Shown here piece by piece: positions 32,498 to 44,442 of a stretch of DNA of 64,000 bases (position 1 is its first letter; the number at the start of each line of letters is the position of its first letter). The translations under genes and the position numbers were made by a program. The stretch comes from Wickerhamiella versatilis (Eukaryota): contig JAQOWU010000007.1 of the NCBI GenBank assembly GCA_030867685.1, forward strand, positions 186,001 through 250,000. The letters are read 5' to 3'. Under the pieces are notes generated by a model. That model was given only the letters and a program-made list of their open reading frames with translations. It was not told the origin of the DNA and made no database searches.

Positions 32498-33016
32498 ATG
32501 TACGCTTCTACCCTCTCTTTGGCTCTTCTTTCCCTGGCTTCCGCCGAAACACCTCAAGGTAACAGCCAGAATCATTATAATGACCTCACGGGTGCCCAGA
32601 ACGGTATGATTAACCACCAACAGGTTCAGGATACCCTTAACAACCAACTTAAGGGCAACGGTGACGTCCATGCAAATGCCGATCGGATGGCCGCCTACAT
32701 CACTGGTGCTGATTCGCAGATTGACAACGCTATTGCAACGTCATCCAAGGCACTTGCTCCTCTTACCGGAGGATTGAGTGAAGCAATTGGAAATGTTCTC
32801 CTGGGACCCTTCGTACAGTCGGTAACAAACGGTGCAGAGGTTTTTCTTTCTAACATGGTCGGTGGCGCTGCCGACACAATGGATGCAGAGATGGTTGGCC
32901 GTTTGACTGGAGACTACTCGCGTCTTTCAGAGCTCTCCTCCAAGAGTAACGTCGACACCTCCAAATTGCAAGACCTCAACAAGCAAATTCAGAATACCCT
33001 GCCAAAGTCAAAATAG
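32498..33016 (+). CDS. Small secreted helical protein, single-unit paralog of 41808..42764 (resembles Candida Pbr1 from memory)
   Basis: TATATAA at about 32454 and a signal peptide. Shares ITGADSQIDNAIAT and LGPFVQSVTNGAEVF with the 41808 gene. Confidence 0.8.
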   Translation: MYASTLSLALLSLASAETPQGNSQNHYNDLTGAQNGMINHQQVQDTLNNQLKGNGDVHANADRMAAYITGADSQIDNAIATSSKALAPLTGGLSEAIGNVLLGPFVQSVTNGAEVFLSNMVGGAADTMDAEMVGRLTGDYSRLSELSSKSNVDTSKLQDLNKQIQNTLPKSK

Positions 33017-33921
33017 GTGGCTTGTGTGCTATTAGGCAGTTGATTCAATTAACATTGAGAACTAGGTTTGTATTTTCTCTAGCAGCTAGTTAATCTCTTG
33101 TTGTATCTTTTACTCAACTGAAAGGACAATGAGCGTTTATGAATTTCAACTAAAGAGCACACGAGATGCTTGTGACTTTTGATTTCGAGCGATACTCCTT
33201 TTCTGGGCTTGATCCTGTCAGCATCCTAACCTCCCCCAACATGCTGAAGTATTCTCACGGCAATTCGAGAGCTGGGGAATCATGCAATGTAATTCGGATT
33301 CCTCTCCATACGGAATAATGGACATCTCCTTACCCATATCGCCATCGCGTCGATCGTGATCGTCGATGCAAGGCGATAAGACCAGATGCCCTGATGCGAG
33401 GAGTCACAACTACACAAAAATGAGTAGTCAAATTGGACCTTTGTCTCGCATAAGTACTTTCATCGCACCGTAATAGCATAGTATAAAGTCAATTCTGCCT
33501 AGCCACCTCACTACCTGAGACGGGTCCACTCGGACAAAGTTACCTTGCCACAATACGGGTTACCTAATCCAATTATTATCTCGTCCATTTGAAATTGTCA
33601 AGCGGCAAGCTAGAAAGCAACCGCAACCGGAATAATTTGAAGAATCCAAGAGCAGAGAAAAAGGAAGTCATGATTTAACCACCACTATGTCTATTTGTTG
33701 ACCTAACTGACAAGATGAACCTTGAGTTTCTCGCTGCATCATGTACGAGACGCTTGATGTCTTTCTCTTAGGATCCACATCACTGAGCTAGTTTTATTTG
33801 ACTCTTCACGAATGGTCTTGTGTGGCTTGATAGGGATGCAAAAAAAGTCACACCAAATAGAGTCAAGGAAGTACACGCTCGCCTTAGGCTCGGCAGCTTT
33901 GTTAAGAATTTTAGATTTCGT

Positions 33922-34311
33922 TTAAGCAGCATAACATATCAGAGAGCCAAAAAAGTGGCCCAGGATAGCTCCAAAAGGTAGCGTGGCTGCAAACCTCAAG
34001 TAAGTGGCAGCATTCGCAATAGCTGGCGCCGAAGTGCAAACGGGGGTCACTGCTCACACTGGAACTATTTACTCTGATGCTAGTACGGGAGACATCTTGG
34101 TGTGACCACAGTCTTCAATAGTATGTATCGTTGATTTTGTCACGTCATATGTCGATGAGCCATGCGTAAAAGTTGTGGGTGACGAGGAATAAGTAGTCAA
34201 GTATCTAGCCTCAGCAGTAGAAGTTTCATTCAGTGAAGGAGTATATGATTCTAAACCACTTGCTTCTACTTCAGACGTCACGGTAATGGAATCACTGAAC
34301 TATTGAGAGGT
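33922..34311 (-). pseudogene. Decayed Ser/Thr stalk, Ccw12/Sed1-like repeat and GPI signal, in frame after the GH51 stop
   Basis: In-frame translation contains LTTYSSSPTTFTHGSSTYDVTKSTIHTIEDCGHT and TSAPAIANAATYLRFAATLPFGAILG, with three further internal stops. Confidence 0.7.
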
Positions 34312-36219
34312 CTACTGTCCCGTTGTGGACGTTGTTGCTACGGACCCACCCTGTTTCTTCAGGGTGACCACACCCACAAAGTAAGGTCCGACCTCTAGAG
34401 ACAGTGAACCATGTTCGTAGCTTACATCCAGCTGCTGGAGGCTCACCTGCTCCCTCTGATGAAGAAGATTTTGCGCATCGGCATCAGGGGACGAAATCCC
34501 CACCGCCGATGCATTAGCAGAAGAAAAACCCCTCACCTCGATTTTAGCCGTAAACTCAACAGACTTATTTGTGGGATTCGCGATTTTGACATGAACTGTT
34601 CCGGAATTGGTATCGATATTCGCAACATAGTACAGAGGGTCATACTTGGCATCCACAAGACTTAAAGTTCTATCACCCTGGGTGGATGAAAACATCTTCT
34701 GAACATAGTATGATGTACTTAACGCAATAGCGCCAGCGTCATAGCTAATCATATCCGGATACCACTGGGTGGATTCAACATTCTGCAGAATAGGCGCATA
34801 GCACGAACCAAGGACCTGTTCTGAGTTACGCTCTAATCCGATCATATAAACTGCCTCACTAACAGCAGTATAAGCTGTTGGATACTGGACATGGGTTCCA
34901 TTGTCGAAGCTTGAGGCAGCATATTCACCAATAAATGGTTTAGTGTTATTACGGGGATAATTGTCAAATTGGTCAAATCTGTTGATGAAATCGGAAGGAG
35001 TAAGATAATAATGCTGGTCCCACCATAATACCTCATTCTTCGGGAACTCAGTGATTTTTGTGGTTGCTATCATTGTGAGATTTGGATATTTCGATTTGAT
35101 TGCATCATGAAAGTGCTTAAACCTATATTCTTGGTATGTTGTCTGGGACAGGCTCGAAATAAAATCTTCGTTTCCAATCTCAACATAATTCAGCTTCCAG
35201 GGATCCTTACGACCATTCTGTGCACGAAGCTTACCAAAAGCCGTGGATTCGGGGTCTCCAGTAATGTACTCCAACTCATTGAGAACCTCGTCGACATATG
35301 GCTGCAGGTCGTCCTCACGAACCACCACGTTGTCCAATGAATATCCCGCGTAGATACCGAGTAGGGGCTCAAGATTCATATCCTCAATCCAATCAAAGTA
35401 TTCATGGAGACCAAGTCCATCGGTTTGGGGGTATCCCCAAGGATCCTGCCGTCCAGGCCGATCAATAAGTGGTCCAATGGTCTCATTCCACTTCCAGTGC
35501 GAGTTGATCTCACTCCCCTCTAGGTTGTTAGCGCCAGGGAACCGCAAAAAGTGAGGATTGAAGTCTTTCACAATCTCTGCGATATCCTTGCGCAATCCAT
35601 TGGGCCGGTTGTTGAGGGTAGCGCCGAACAATGAGATCAGGTTGAAAAGACCATCACCCTCGATATACAAGCCATTATTCAGATTGGCCGCTTTTTCCGA
35701 TGGAGACAGTGTTGCTTCATATAATTGGAATCCGTTGGACCGAGCAACATAAATGCCACTATCCTGTTTTACCGCCTTAGGCACAGCAGATGCATATACT
35801 TTACCTGATTCAACGCTTCTCAAAGACACATTGAAGGAAGTTGAAGTGGAGGTTTCTTGCTTTTTGTGATAAAAGCGGACAGTGTAGTCCTTGGACTCCA
35901 CCTTGATACCCCACCAACCGGAATTCCAGAACCCTTTGCCCTCGACTTTTAGTGAGTGGGGAAGAGCCTTGGACAGCGACACATTCACCAGAGAAAGCTC
36001 GGCACCATCAATACCAGTATAATTAGCTGTCGATGGATTTTCTCCCTGAAATGCTCGATTAGCTAGGAGCTCACCATAAATACCGCCATCACCCGAATGA
36101 TTTATGTCTTCGAACACGATACCGTTGAGCAAGCTCGACGACGAATTAGTGTGGGCATCGCTAATTGTGAGAGCTACTGCAGATGTGAGCAGCTGACTTA
36201 TGGCGAAAACCGTCAACAT
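34312..36219 (-). CDS. Secreted GH51 alpha-L-arabinofuranosidase
   Basis: Signal peptide, FEDINHSGDGGIYGEL, LRFPGANNLEG, YVEIGNED, FIGEYA, MIGLERNS. Confidence 0.92.
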   Translation of the reverse strand: MLTVFAISQLLTSAVALTISDAHTNSSSSLLNGIVFEDINHSGDGGIYGELLANRAFQGENPSTANYTGIDGAELSLVNVSLSKALPHSLKVEGKGFWNSGWWGIKVESKDYTVRFYHKKQETSTSTSFNVSLRSVESGKVYASAVPKAVKQDSGIYVARSNGFQLYEATLSPSEKAANLNNGLYIEGDGLFNLISLFGATLNNRPNGLRKDIAEIVKDFNPHFLRFPGANNLEGSEINSHWKWNETIGPLIDRPGRQDPWGYPQTDGLGLHEYFDWIEDMNLEPLLGIYAGYSLDNVVVREDDLQPYVDEVLNELEYITGDPESTAFGKLRAQNGRKDPWKLNYVEIGNEDFISSLSQTTYQEYRFKHFHDAIKSKYPNLTMIATTKITEFPKNEVLWWDQHYYLTPSDFINRFDQFDNYPRNNTKPFIGEYAASSFDNGTHVQYPTAYTAVSEAVYMIGLERNSEQVLGSCYAPILQNVESTQWYPDMISYDAGAIALSTSYYVQKMFSSTQGDRTLSLVDAKYDPLYYVANIDTNSGTVHVKIANPTNKSVEFTAKIEVRGFSSANASAVGISSPDADAQNLLHQREQVSLQQLDVSYEHGSLSLEVGPYFVGVVTLKKQGGSVATTSTTGQ

Positions 36220-37818
36220 CAATATAATTCGACTATGCTTAAATTTAGATCATGTTATATATGAACAAGGCATGCATTGATTGGTAAGTATATCGGAATG
36301 AAGCGCCAAATTAGTCAGTGGTGCCGTTCATTCCGTGCCCCTACACAGAATATGATCAGCGGCAGCATAAAAATACGGATACGCGTGTAAAAGATTGTCG
36401 CCATGAAGACCTCTATAAACGCATGATTTACGCACCTAATACTTTTCTCGATTAGTGGGCCGCGACACGGCTTAATTGCTACTTGTATTTAAGCTCACAT
36501 TATAAGCTATTGATAATTTCTACGTAATACTGATCATCGCACGCAATAGACTAATGAGATATTTTGACGATCTGGTACTCAAGCATGATTAGATTTCAAT
36601 ATTGAGAGGATATACTACCCATAAGATATTTTATGTAAAGGTTTAGGTACTCATAGAATACCTTTCATTAGCATCTGGAAAAAAAATACCATCTCCCCGC
36701 TAAAAAAGCTGATTAGTTAGCTACCTTCGAGTTCCCATTCAGCCAGTTCTCAACGTAAAATCTAAACTTCAGAGTCATATATGTCTATTGGCACCGACTA
36801 CATTCACTACATAATATATTTGCTATCCTCAATAGTCGTCACGCAGAAGTCACAACCTGCCGATATCCTGATCCAAAAGCGCGGTTCTCATCTATATGCG
36901 GGTTGCAACGACCGCATGGTATAATTTTAATGCATAGTTGCGAATGAAAGCAAATACATACAAAAAAAAATAGTAACACAGGTGACAAATCGACTGCGAC
37001 GGAGTAGGTTTTTGTAGATCTGCTATCCCTATTTCTAGGAGATCTCAGACCATCCACGGAAAGAAAAACCATCTGCTACTTCGTTCCTAAATGATGTAGC
37101 AAAAATCTGGGACCCCTAAGAATATCGATACATCTGAACACGAATAAAGTAGCGCATAGTTACGTATTGCGCATATTGTCTTATTTTGCTACGTAATCAT
37201 ACATTGTCTCACCTGTTGCGATTTGTCAAGTAGCTGGTTTTACCCGAGGCTCGATGGCAAATCTACAAGCGCTAAATTCTTGAGCACATCGAGCCTGAGC
37301 ATCTAGCATCAGTCACAGTAATAAAATCATTTTTGTGTCTAGGTAGCGCACCTCAGTATTATTTTGGCGTTGGCCCTACTTCATAAATAAGCAATTGAAG
37401 CCCAGAGCGGTTAATAATCCTTTAAGACGAGGATACATCAAGGTGGGGTATGCTCTATCACAGAGCGTACAAACCTGAGACAGGTAGTACAACTTCGTAA
37501 CACTTCAATGTGGGCGATATCAATTTTTTCTTATAGATGAATACTTTCATAGACCACAGGCTAGGTTTCCGGCTGATGCGATTATATTAGGTGTCTATCG
37601 CTACCTGGGACTGGTTAGACAATAGACGACAGCCCACACTGTATATGTAACTGCTACGCTAGATCTTATAAGGAGGAGCAAAAGTAATGACTTTCAGTGT
37701 GAGAATTGCTGTGATATCTTTCTTGTACTTAGGCAAAAAATCTGATTGTGAATAACTATAAAGAAAGTGATTTTAAAAATCCATAAATTGTAGTACTTAA
37801 CTTGCATCAAAATACAGG

Positions 37819-39519
37819 TCATTCTGTGTTATGGGTACTATTGGGCTTAAAAAGCCAAAGGTAGTCACCAACGGTTCCATCAACGCCCTTAATGAATTCC
37901 CAATGAACAGCGGTGCTATTATGAACAGTCAACTTGCTAAACCCGTAGTTTTCCTTGTCCAACACCAGTGTATAGTCTTGAACTGGATCTGAACCCAACT
38001 CGGAATGGTCTTCAATATTTCCAGCCATTCCATTCACAATATGTGCCATGGATTTTCCTTCATTCGCAATATATGTGTGGTTATCTTTGTAGGAATCCTG
38101 GTATATCTTACCGGAAGAGCCCATGGGGTACATGCGCTCATACCAATGAATGTGGCCCGCAACAAAGAGATCGACACCATATTTGAGGAATAAAGACTCA
38201 AATGCTTCTCTGTTATTATCCAAGTAGTCTGCAGTTTGGGAACTGTACATGGGACGATGGCTGTTAACAAATACCCATGGCGTTTTTGTACGGTTCACAG
38301 ATTCAAGGTCATTTTTTAGCCAGTTGTACTGCTCGTATGCATCATTTCTGTTGTAATCGTTGTCATCTATGTCACCAAAAGGACCACTGTTCATTACACC
38401 TGTTTTACTCTTTGCTGGCTGCCCCGAAGAGTCTTCTTCTATGAAAGCTTCTTGAGGGCTTTTAGGATAGTCTGTCTCAGCATCCATTGAAATAAAGTGG
38501 GCGATACCGTAGTCAAATGAATACCAGAAGTTAGAAACCCCCTTTGTCTCTTTTCCCGGCATCCTGAATCGATACTGGAAAGCGGTAAAGTTACGCTGAG
38601 ATGGAGGGCAGCTGTAATAAGTAAGTTCATTATCAGAGGAGGTTGTATCAGTCTTATTCTCATTCAAGTATGGTGTCAATACGTTCTTAGGCCCATCATC
38701 CTCAGTGCAAGCTGCCTCATGGTTTCCCGGTAACACCATATATGGAATACTAGTTGTTACGTTGTTCATCCATTGCTGCCAGAGATCCCAATTTGATTCA
38801 TATATAGGACTCATCTCCCCACTGTAAGGCTCTTGGAAATAGTGATCATCTGCATATGATATGTCACCCCCGTGCCATGCAAAAACTACCGACTGATCAT
38901 CATCAGCTGTTGCGGCTTCCGTAAGATACTTGTGAGTCCCCTTCGCATTCGTATATCCCATATCGTTAAGTACAGCTGCCGTGAACTTTTTGTTAGTTCC
39001 GGCAGCAGGAGCAGTTCTAACACTAAGAACGTCCGATTCAGTGGTTCCATTTGAAGCCAAGATACGGTAATAGTATAAGGTGTCTGGTTGTAGGTTGGTT
39101 AACTGGATGTCATGATAGAACTCACTGCACTGAGTGATGGGTCTCAATGAACAAGGTGGAGTCCTATCATAAGAACGTGTATGGCCAGAGGTTGTATGGT
39201 TAAGATGATTAGAGCTTGTACCCCATGCTACCTTGGGATCATCATCCAGTCCGAATGGCGTCTGATAGTGAATATTAATACCTTCAGGAAGGTATGCCAG
39301 TGAGATGACATTAATGTTATTGGTAGGATCGTCTCCGGAAGGCTGGACAGCTGCTGGCTCTGAGAGACGCACGAATCCTTTTCCATCACCATTGATTGTT
39401 TGATCATTCCAGTCAAAAATTGGGATGTCGGGTCCCTTATACGGATATCGAGTATCGACTTCAGGAGCTGCAGAGACAATTCCTATGAAAGCACCAATAA
39501 ACTCTGGAGTCAATTTCAT
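37819..39519 (-). CDS. Secreted purple acid phosphatase (Aspergillus AphA-like)
   Basis: Metal-ligand motifs NDMG, GDISY, GNHE, SHRP, GHIH. FN3-like N-domain and signal peptide. Confidence 0.92.
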   Translation of the reverse strand: MKLTPEFIGAFIGIVSAAPEVDTRYPYKGPDIPIFDWNDQTINGDGKGFVRLSEPAAVQPSGDDPTNNINVISLAYLPEGINIHYQTPFGLDDDPKVAWGTSSNHLNHTTSGHTRSYDRTPPCSLRPITQCSEFYHDIQLTNLQPDTLYYYRILASNGTTESDVLSVRTAPAAGTNKKFTAAVLNDMGYTNAKGTHKYLTEAATADDDQSVVFAWHGGDISYADDHYFQEPYSGEMSPIYESNWDLWQQWMNNVTTSIPYMVLPGNHEAACTEDDGPKNVLTPYLNENKTDTTSSDNELTYYSCPPSQRNFTAFQYRFRMPGKETKGVSNFWYSFDYGIAHFISMDAETDYPKSPQEAFIEEDSSGQPAKSKTGVMNSGPFGDIDDNDYNRNDAYEQYNWLKNDLESVNRTKTPWVFVNSHRPMYSSQTADYLDNNREAFESLFLKYGVDLFVAGHIHWYERMYPMGSSGKIYQDSYKDNHTYIANEGKSMAHIVNGMAGNIEDHSELGSDPVQDYTLVLDKENYGFSKLTVHNSTAVHWEFIKGVDGTVGDYLWLFKPNSTHNTE

Positions 39520-39617
39520 TATAAACTTAATCACCGTTGTGATTGGTTCACACTAATAAAATAACCGCTTATCTCCTTCGTGATGGCTGCATTTGTTAAT
39601 TGGCCAAAAAAGAGATT

Positions 39618-39831
39618 GGCACGTGCGAATGCACGTGCCTGCGAGCATCTGCTTCTCCTATGTAAGCAACATTAACTGCGTAAGTCAAGGAAGCTTATCT
39701 TATTGAAACCAAAAGGGAAAAGCTCACTTTATTTACTGTGAAGGTCCCACACCAACTTCTGATACTTCTTGAATCCATATTGAAAGTATTAATGTACCAC
39801 CTCGTGATTTCCCATTGATCATCAACACGTG
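39618..39831. promoter_or_regulatory. Three CACGTG E-boxes (Pho4-type) upstream of the acid phosphatase
   Basis: CACGTG at 39620-25, 39632-37 and 39826-31. The first two lie in the inverted repeat GGCACGTGC-gaat-GCACGTGCC. Confidence 0.65.
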
Positions 39832-41807
39832 CTGATAGCGGCTGTGCATGTAATTAAAAGTGATATACATTGGATATGACTGAGCATTATTATAAATTTT
39901 CTTAACCAAAATCTCTAGCAAATGAGAAGTACTTCTATGGCTCTAAATAGGTAAGAATGCGGATAGTGTAGTCACAGACCAACCGATCTACACATCCAAC
40001 CATCTAAGTTATAAAAGTGAATTTGGTATGATGTAATCCTAGGCATGAACTAACGAAGTTACAGATCGCGGTTAATGAAATGCGATAGAGTATTCCCAAG
40101 CTAGCTAAGTAATATGAAGGAGTCCCTGGACGTAGCAGGCTTTTTTCTGTATTGTCAGCACTTCCAGACATAGTGTGGAGAGAAGGATAAGATCCATCAT
40201 CGGCCATACGTATATATGATAAGTATAGAAACATTTAATGTTAGTATCTCATTATATTCAGTGACTTCGAGCTTGTAACTCTAGGAACCAAGTACCTTGA
40301 AGCGTTTTTTTATCACGACTAATGACGTAACTACTTTTCACTACAAGAGCTCAAGAATGCCGACATATATATCAAGAAAGGAATCTCTTGTAGCATAAGC
40401 TGATCGCCAGAAGTAAGATGATACTTTCCCTAAGAGCATGATAATCCCAATGGGAAGATATCCAACAGATTGCCTTGGTAATTACTAACTGATCTTGTAT
40501 AGCTTAGAGGGTAATGAAGCTTTTTACATGTATTGCAAACAGATTATTTTCATGAAACTGAAGGGACCAGATTCTAGCAGAGGACGATCTAGACCGAAAC
40601 GTCAAAGAGCTATAATTCGTCAAAAAAAAGTCGCAGAGAACTACTTACAGGAAACTGATTGTACTGGTACATTAATAACTCATCATATTTCGAAAAACAG
40701 ATATTTTAGCTTATGATAAGTCCTAGCGATCATTATAGCTAGTCCCTGTAGATGACTCCATCGGAAATACACCCTGCTGGTTTTAATTTCAATTTTATGA
40801 TAAAAGCCCTGCCGGCAAGTCTCGGATTGCCTTTCTTCGCTAGAATTTTGAGAAAGGATGCGAATTAATACTAAAGGTTGGTTTTTTTTTATGACACAAA
40901 TATAAAGAATAGAGGCATCTGAGCATAGTTCTGACAAGGTCCGTGATTTGCGTAACCACGTTCTCGATGCGAAATTACGCTGCCTAATCTGAAGCTTAAC
41001 AAATTGCAAGATCTGTTTCAGTATCATTATACTATGAATCAGAGCCTATACTTCTATGAATATTTGAATCTTTCAATACTACTCCCCATCGTTACTTGTC
41101 TATAACTCCATCATTAACCTAGTGGGACCTCCCGATAACATCGATGAAGGTCAATCCGACAAAACTGACTACAAAAGTAATTCTAAGCTTAACCTATACG
41201 GTGTTCATGGTACCACTACAAAATTAAAGCGATATCATGGCGCACTTATCGGGCAGGACAAATCTGACAATAGCAATACTCCTGGTCGCTCCCAGCTCGG
41301 TCATTATCTGGATTCCAGCAAAGCTAAGCTGTCTAGTAGCAGTACCTCGATTTTCAAAATTCCTTAATTATTGTCTTAGTTAGCCAGATAAATACTAGAG
41401 CAACTGACTTAATTACAAATGATGGTATGTTCACTATAGTGTTAAGAGATAGGAAAATGAGATCAAAATTGATCATATATTATTGCTCAACACTATCATT
41501 GAATACAGGTGACAAATATTAATACCATCACCTGTCATTGTAGAGACTAAACTAATATTGTAAAAAACCATACATGCTCACAAAGTTAGAAAAAAACTTT
41601 TTCAGACTTATAGACTCAAACTAAAACCGTGCAGTGCAATTCAGATAAATAAAGTTTCGTCAATCGTGAGACAACAGTCAGCACACCTCGTACCGGTAAC
41701 GCACAGGTGCTCCATATGCTACGCAGCACTTTAATGATGTTTATATCTGTATATATACCGTCCGCATCACCTGATAACAGTACCCAACACACAAACACAT
41801 TCCTTCA

Positions 41808-42764
41808 ATGCAGCTTTCTGTTATCTCTCTCGCCACACTCGCTCTCACTCATGGTGCATCAATTGAGTTTTCCAAGCGTCAAGATACCTCTGTTATTCCT
41901 AGTGGTATGAAAGGATCGATGCAGAATGCTCAACAGGTTCAGGATACCTTAAACCGTGAACTTCAATCTCATGACGGCCATGCAGCTTCAGATGTCATAA
42001 GCTCCTTCATAACCGGTGCCGACTCTCAGATCGACAATGCCATTGCTACTGTTGGTCAGTTTCTTGCACCGGTAACCCTTGGTGGCTCTGAAGCGGTAGC
42101 TAATGTCATCCTGGGACCTTTCGTTCAGTCAGTTACCAACGGTGCAGAGGTATTCATTTCCAACCTTCTTGGTGGTGGCATCGATATGGTATCTGATGCT
42201 GCCTATGCTCAATATCAGCAAAGCGTTTCTCGTCTTTCCAAAGAATCTCAAAAGTATGGTGTGGATACCAGTTCACTGGACAAGACGATCGCCAAATTCC
42301 CATCTAAGGACCATTCCAAGCGTCAGGATACCTCTGTTATTCCCAGTGGTATGAAAGGATCGATGCAGAATGCTCAACAGGTTCAGGATACCTTGAACCG
42401 TGAACTTCAATCTCATGACGGTCATGCAGCTTCAGATGTCATAAGCTCCTTCATAACCGGTGCCGACTCTCAGATTGACAATGCCATTGCTACTGTTGGT
42501 CAGTTTCTTGCACCGGTAACCCTTGGTGGCTCTGAAGCGGTAGCTAATGTCATCCTGGGACCTTTCGTCCAGTCAGTTACCAACGGTGCAGAGGTATTCA
42601 TTTCCAACCTTCTTGGTGGTGGCATCGATATGGTATCTGATGCTGCCTATGCTCAATATCAGCAAAGCGTTTCCCGTCTTTCGAAAGAATCTCAAAAGTA
42701 TGGCGTAAATACCAGCTCCCTCGACGAGGTCATTGCTAAAATGCCCAAGAAATCCCAAAACTAG
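41808..42764 (+). CDS. Secreted two-unit Kex2-type polyprotein (Pbr1-like units)
   Basis: Signal peptide, then SKR-QDTSVIP... unit 1 and SKR-QDTSVIP... unit 2. Confidence 0.85.
   Translation: MQLSVISLATLALTHGASIEFSKRQDTSVIPSGMKGSMQNAQQVQDTLNRELQSHDGHAASDVISSFITGADSQIDNAIATVGQFLAPVTLGGSEAVANVILGPFVQSVTNGAEVFISNLLGGGIDMVSDAAYAQYQQSVSRLSKESQKYGVDTSSLDKTIAKFPSKDHSKRQDTSVIPSGMKGSMQNAQQVQDTLNRELQSHDGHAASDVISSFITGADSQIDNAIATVGQFLAPVTLGGSEAVANVILGPFVQSVTNGAEVFISNLLGGGIDMVSDAAYAQYQQSVSRLSKESQKYGVNTSSLDEVIAKMPKKSQN
41871..42750 (+). repeat. Intragenic tandem direct repeat, period 444 bp (148 codons), 2 copies
   Basis: tccaagcgtca(a/g)gatacc at 41871 and 42315. Copies are near-identical until the last ~15 codons. 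Confidence 0.95.
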
Positions 42765-43344
42765 GTCATAGGGCACCTATCTCAGTACTTGTTTAAGCCA
42801 GATAGCGATATATATATATTATGATCTGATCATTGATATTAGATATAATTCTGTATCAGCATTTTCTGATGATTTAGTAAAGCGCGTCACTAATCCGAAA
42901 TTATTATCTGAATAAGATATATATTGCATTATTCATCATTATCAGTGCGCAATGTAGTTTGATTAATCCATAATTACCGTACAAATGCCTGACTGGTGAG
43001 TTGATATAAATTGAATCTTGATTCAAGATGGCCCAAAATATCTTACGGACGTGTCCATACGACCTAAGACATGTTCCCCATGTGTAGGATCATATTACAC
43101 TGACTCTCTTCCGCTTGCATATGCCTATACCCCTACAAAAAGTGTCAGAAAGTAATAAAAAATTTCACTCAAACGTGTATACACAAGTCTCGTACTTTCC
43201 AACATATCATAGACTGAGTCAGCTCAACTTGTAGAGATAAATCCTCACTATGACCTCTCTTACAACTTTCAGCCAGTCTCAGGTACCTTTAGACATTGTA
43301 GCCTGTATTTCTAACTATTCTAGGCTTGCTATTTATGCACTTGG

Positions 43345-44442
43345 TTAATTCGCATTGGGATAATCAATATAACCGACCTCAGGCGGAATCTCCTTATGGA
43401 TACGATAAAAAGTCTTCCGATCATATTTGGTCAAGGCCTTGAAATCCCTGATTCTCTTCACTAGGTCAGGGTTGGGAATAAACATACGCCCAATTCCAAC
43501 TAGCGTCCTGTTGTCTCTGTTGGCAAAATCATCAGCGTAGTCCCAAAGTTGACCGCATCTGATTATAACCCCCTGCCAGATCTGGTAGCAGAAATCATTG
43601 AGTTCATGCTCAATTTTTTGTGAGGAATCTACTCGCCACGCCACACGGGGCTCCACGAGGTGCACATATGCCAAACGCTTATTGGCTTGGGCACGCTGCT
43701 CGAGCTCGGCAAAAATGTATCCCCATTGTGGGATCGGACTTACCCCATAGTCCACATTGCCAAATGTGCCCCAGGGGCTAAATCTTATTCCAGTACGTTC
43801 AGCTCCAATGGCCTCTGTCACGGCATCAACAACCTCTAACGTGAACCTTGCCCTATTTTCAATCGAGCCGCCGTATTCATCATCACGGACGTTCAAAGTG
43901 TGCAAAAACTGATCTAAAAGGTATCCGTTGGCATTGTGGATCTCCACGCCATCGAATCCTGCCTCTACTGCATTCTTAGCAGCTGTCGCATACCACTGAA
44001 CGTATTCCTTTATCTCCGAAGTAGACAGGGCACGTGGGGTAACAGACTTTTCATCGAGAGGGGCTGCAGAAGCACTTACAACATCAATTCCTTCCTCTTT
44101 GGCCACTTCGGGGATTGCTTGCCGACCAAGTGCCCATAATTGTAGGTATATGTAAGATCCTTGTTTATGTACAGCTTCAGTTACCGGCTTCCAATGCTGA
44201 ACCTGTTCAATGGACCAGATTCCCGGTGCATCAGCAAACCCACCAGCACGTGGGTGAATGAAAGTTGCTTCAGATATAATCAAAGTACCGGGCTCCTGTG
44301 CGCGTTGCTCATAGTACTGAGCCATCATGGGCTGAGGAATATGTCCTGTAGCCCGATATCGGGTCAATGGAGCCATCACAATGCGATGCCCAAGCGTATC
44401 ATTACCCACTTTGATTGGTTCAAAAAGGTTTCGTGCAACCAT
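43345..44442 (-). CDS. Old yellow enzyme (FMN NADPH dehydrogenase / ene-reductase)
   Basis: MAPLTRYRA, QLWALGR, GFDGVEIHNANGYLLDQFL, YGGSIENRARF, GYIDYP. Confidence 0.93.
   Translation of the reverse strand: MVARNLFEPIKVGNDTLGHRIVMAPLTRYRATGHIPQPMMAQYYEQRAQEPGTLIISEATFIHPRAGGFADAPGIWSIEQVQHWKPVTEAVHKQGSYIYLQLWALGRQAIPEVAKEEGIDVVSASAAPLDEKSVTPRALSTSEIKEYVQWYATAAKNAVEAGFDGVEIHNANGYLLDQFLHTLNVRDDEYGGSIENRARFTLEVVDAVTEAIGAERTGIRFSPWGTFGNVDYGVSPIPQWGYIFAELEQRAQANKRLAYVHLVEPRVAWRVDSSQKIEHELNDFCYQIWQGVIIRCGQLWDYADDFANRDNRTLVGIGRMFIPNPDLVKRIRDFKALTKYDRKTFYRIHKEIPPEVGYIDYPNAN

Noticed and set aside
40495-41367. Short ORFs that might be transposon remnants
   Set aside because: No transposase/RT motif, terminal repeats or target-site duplication seen.
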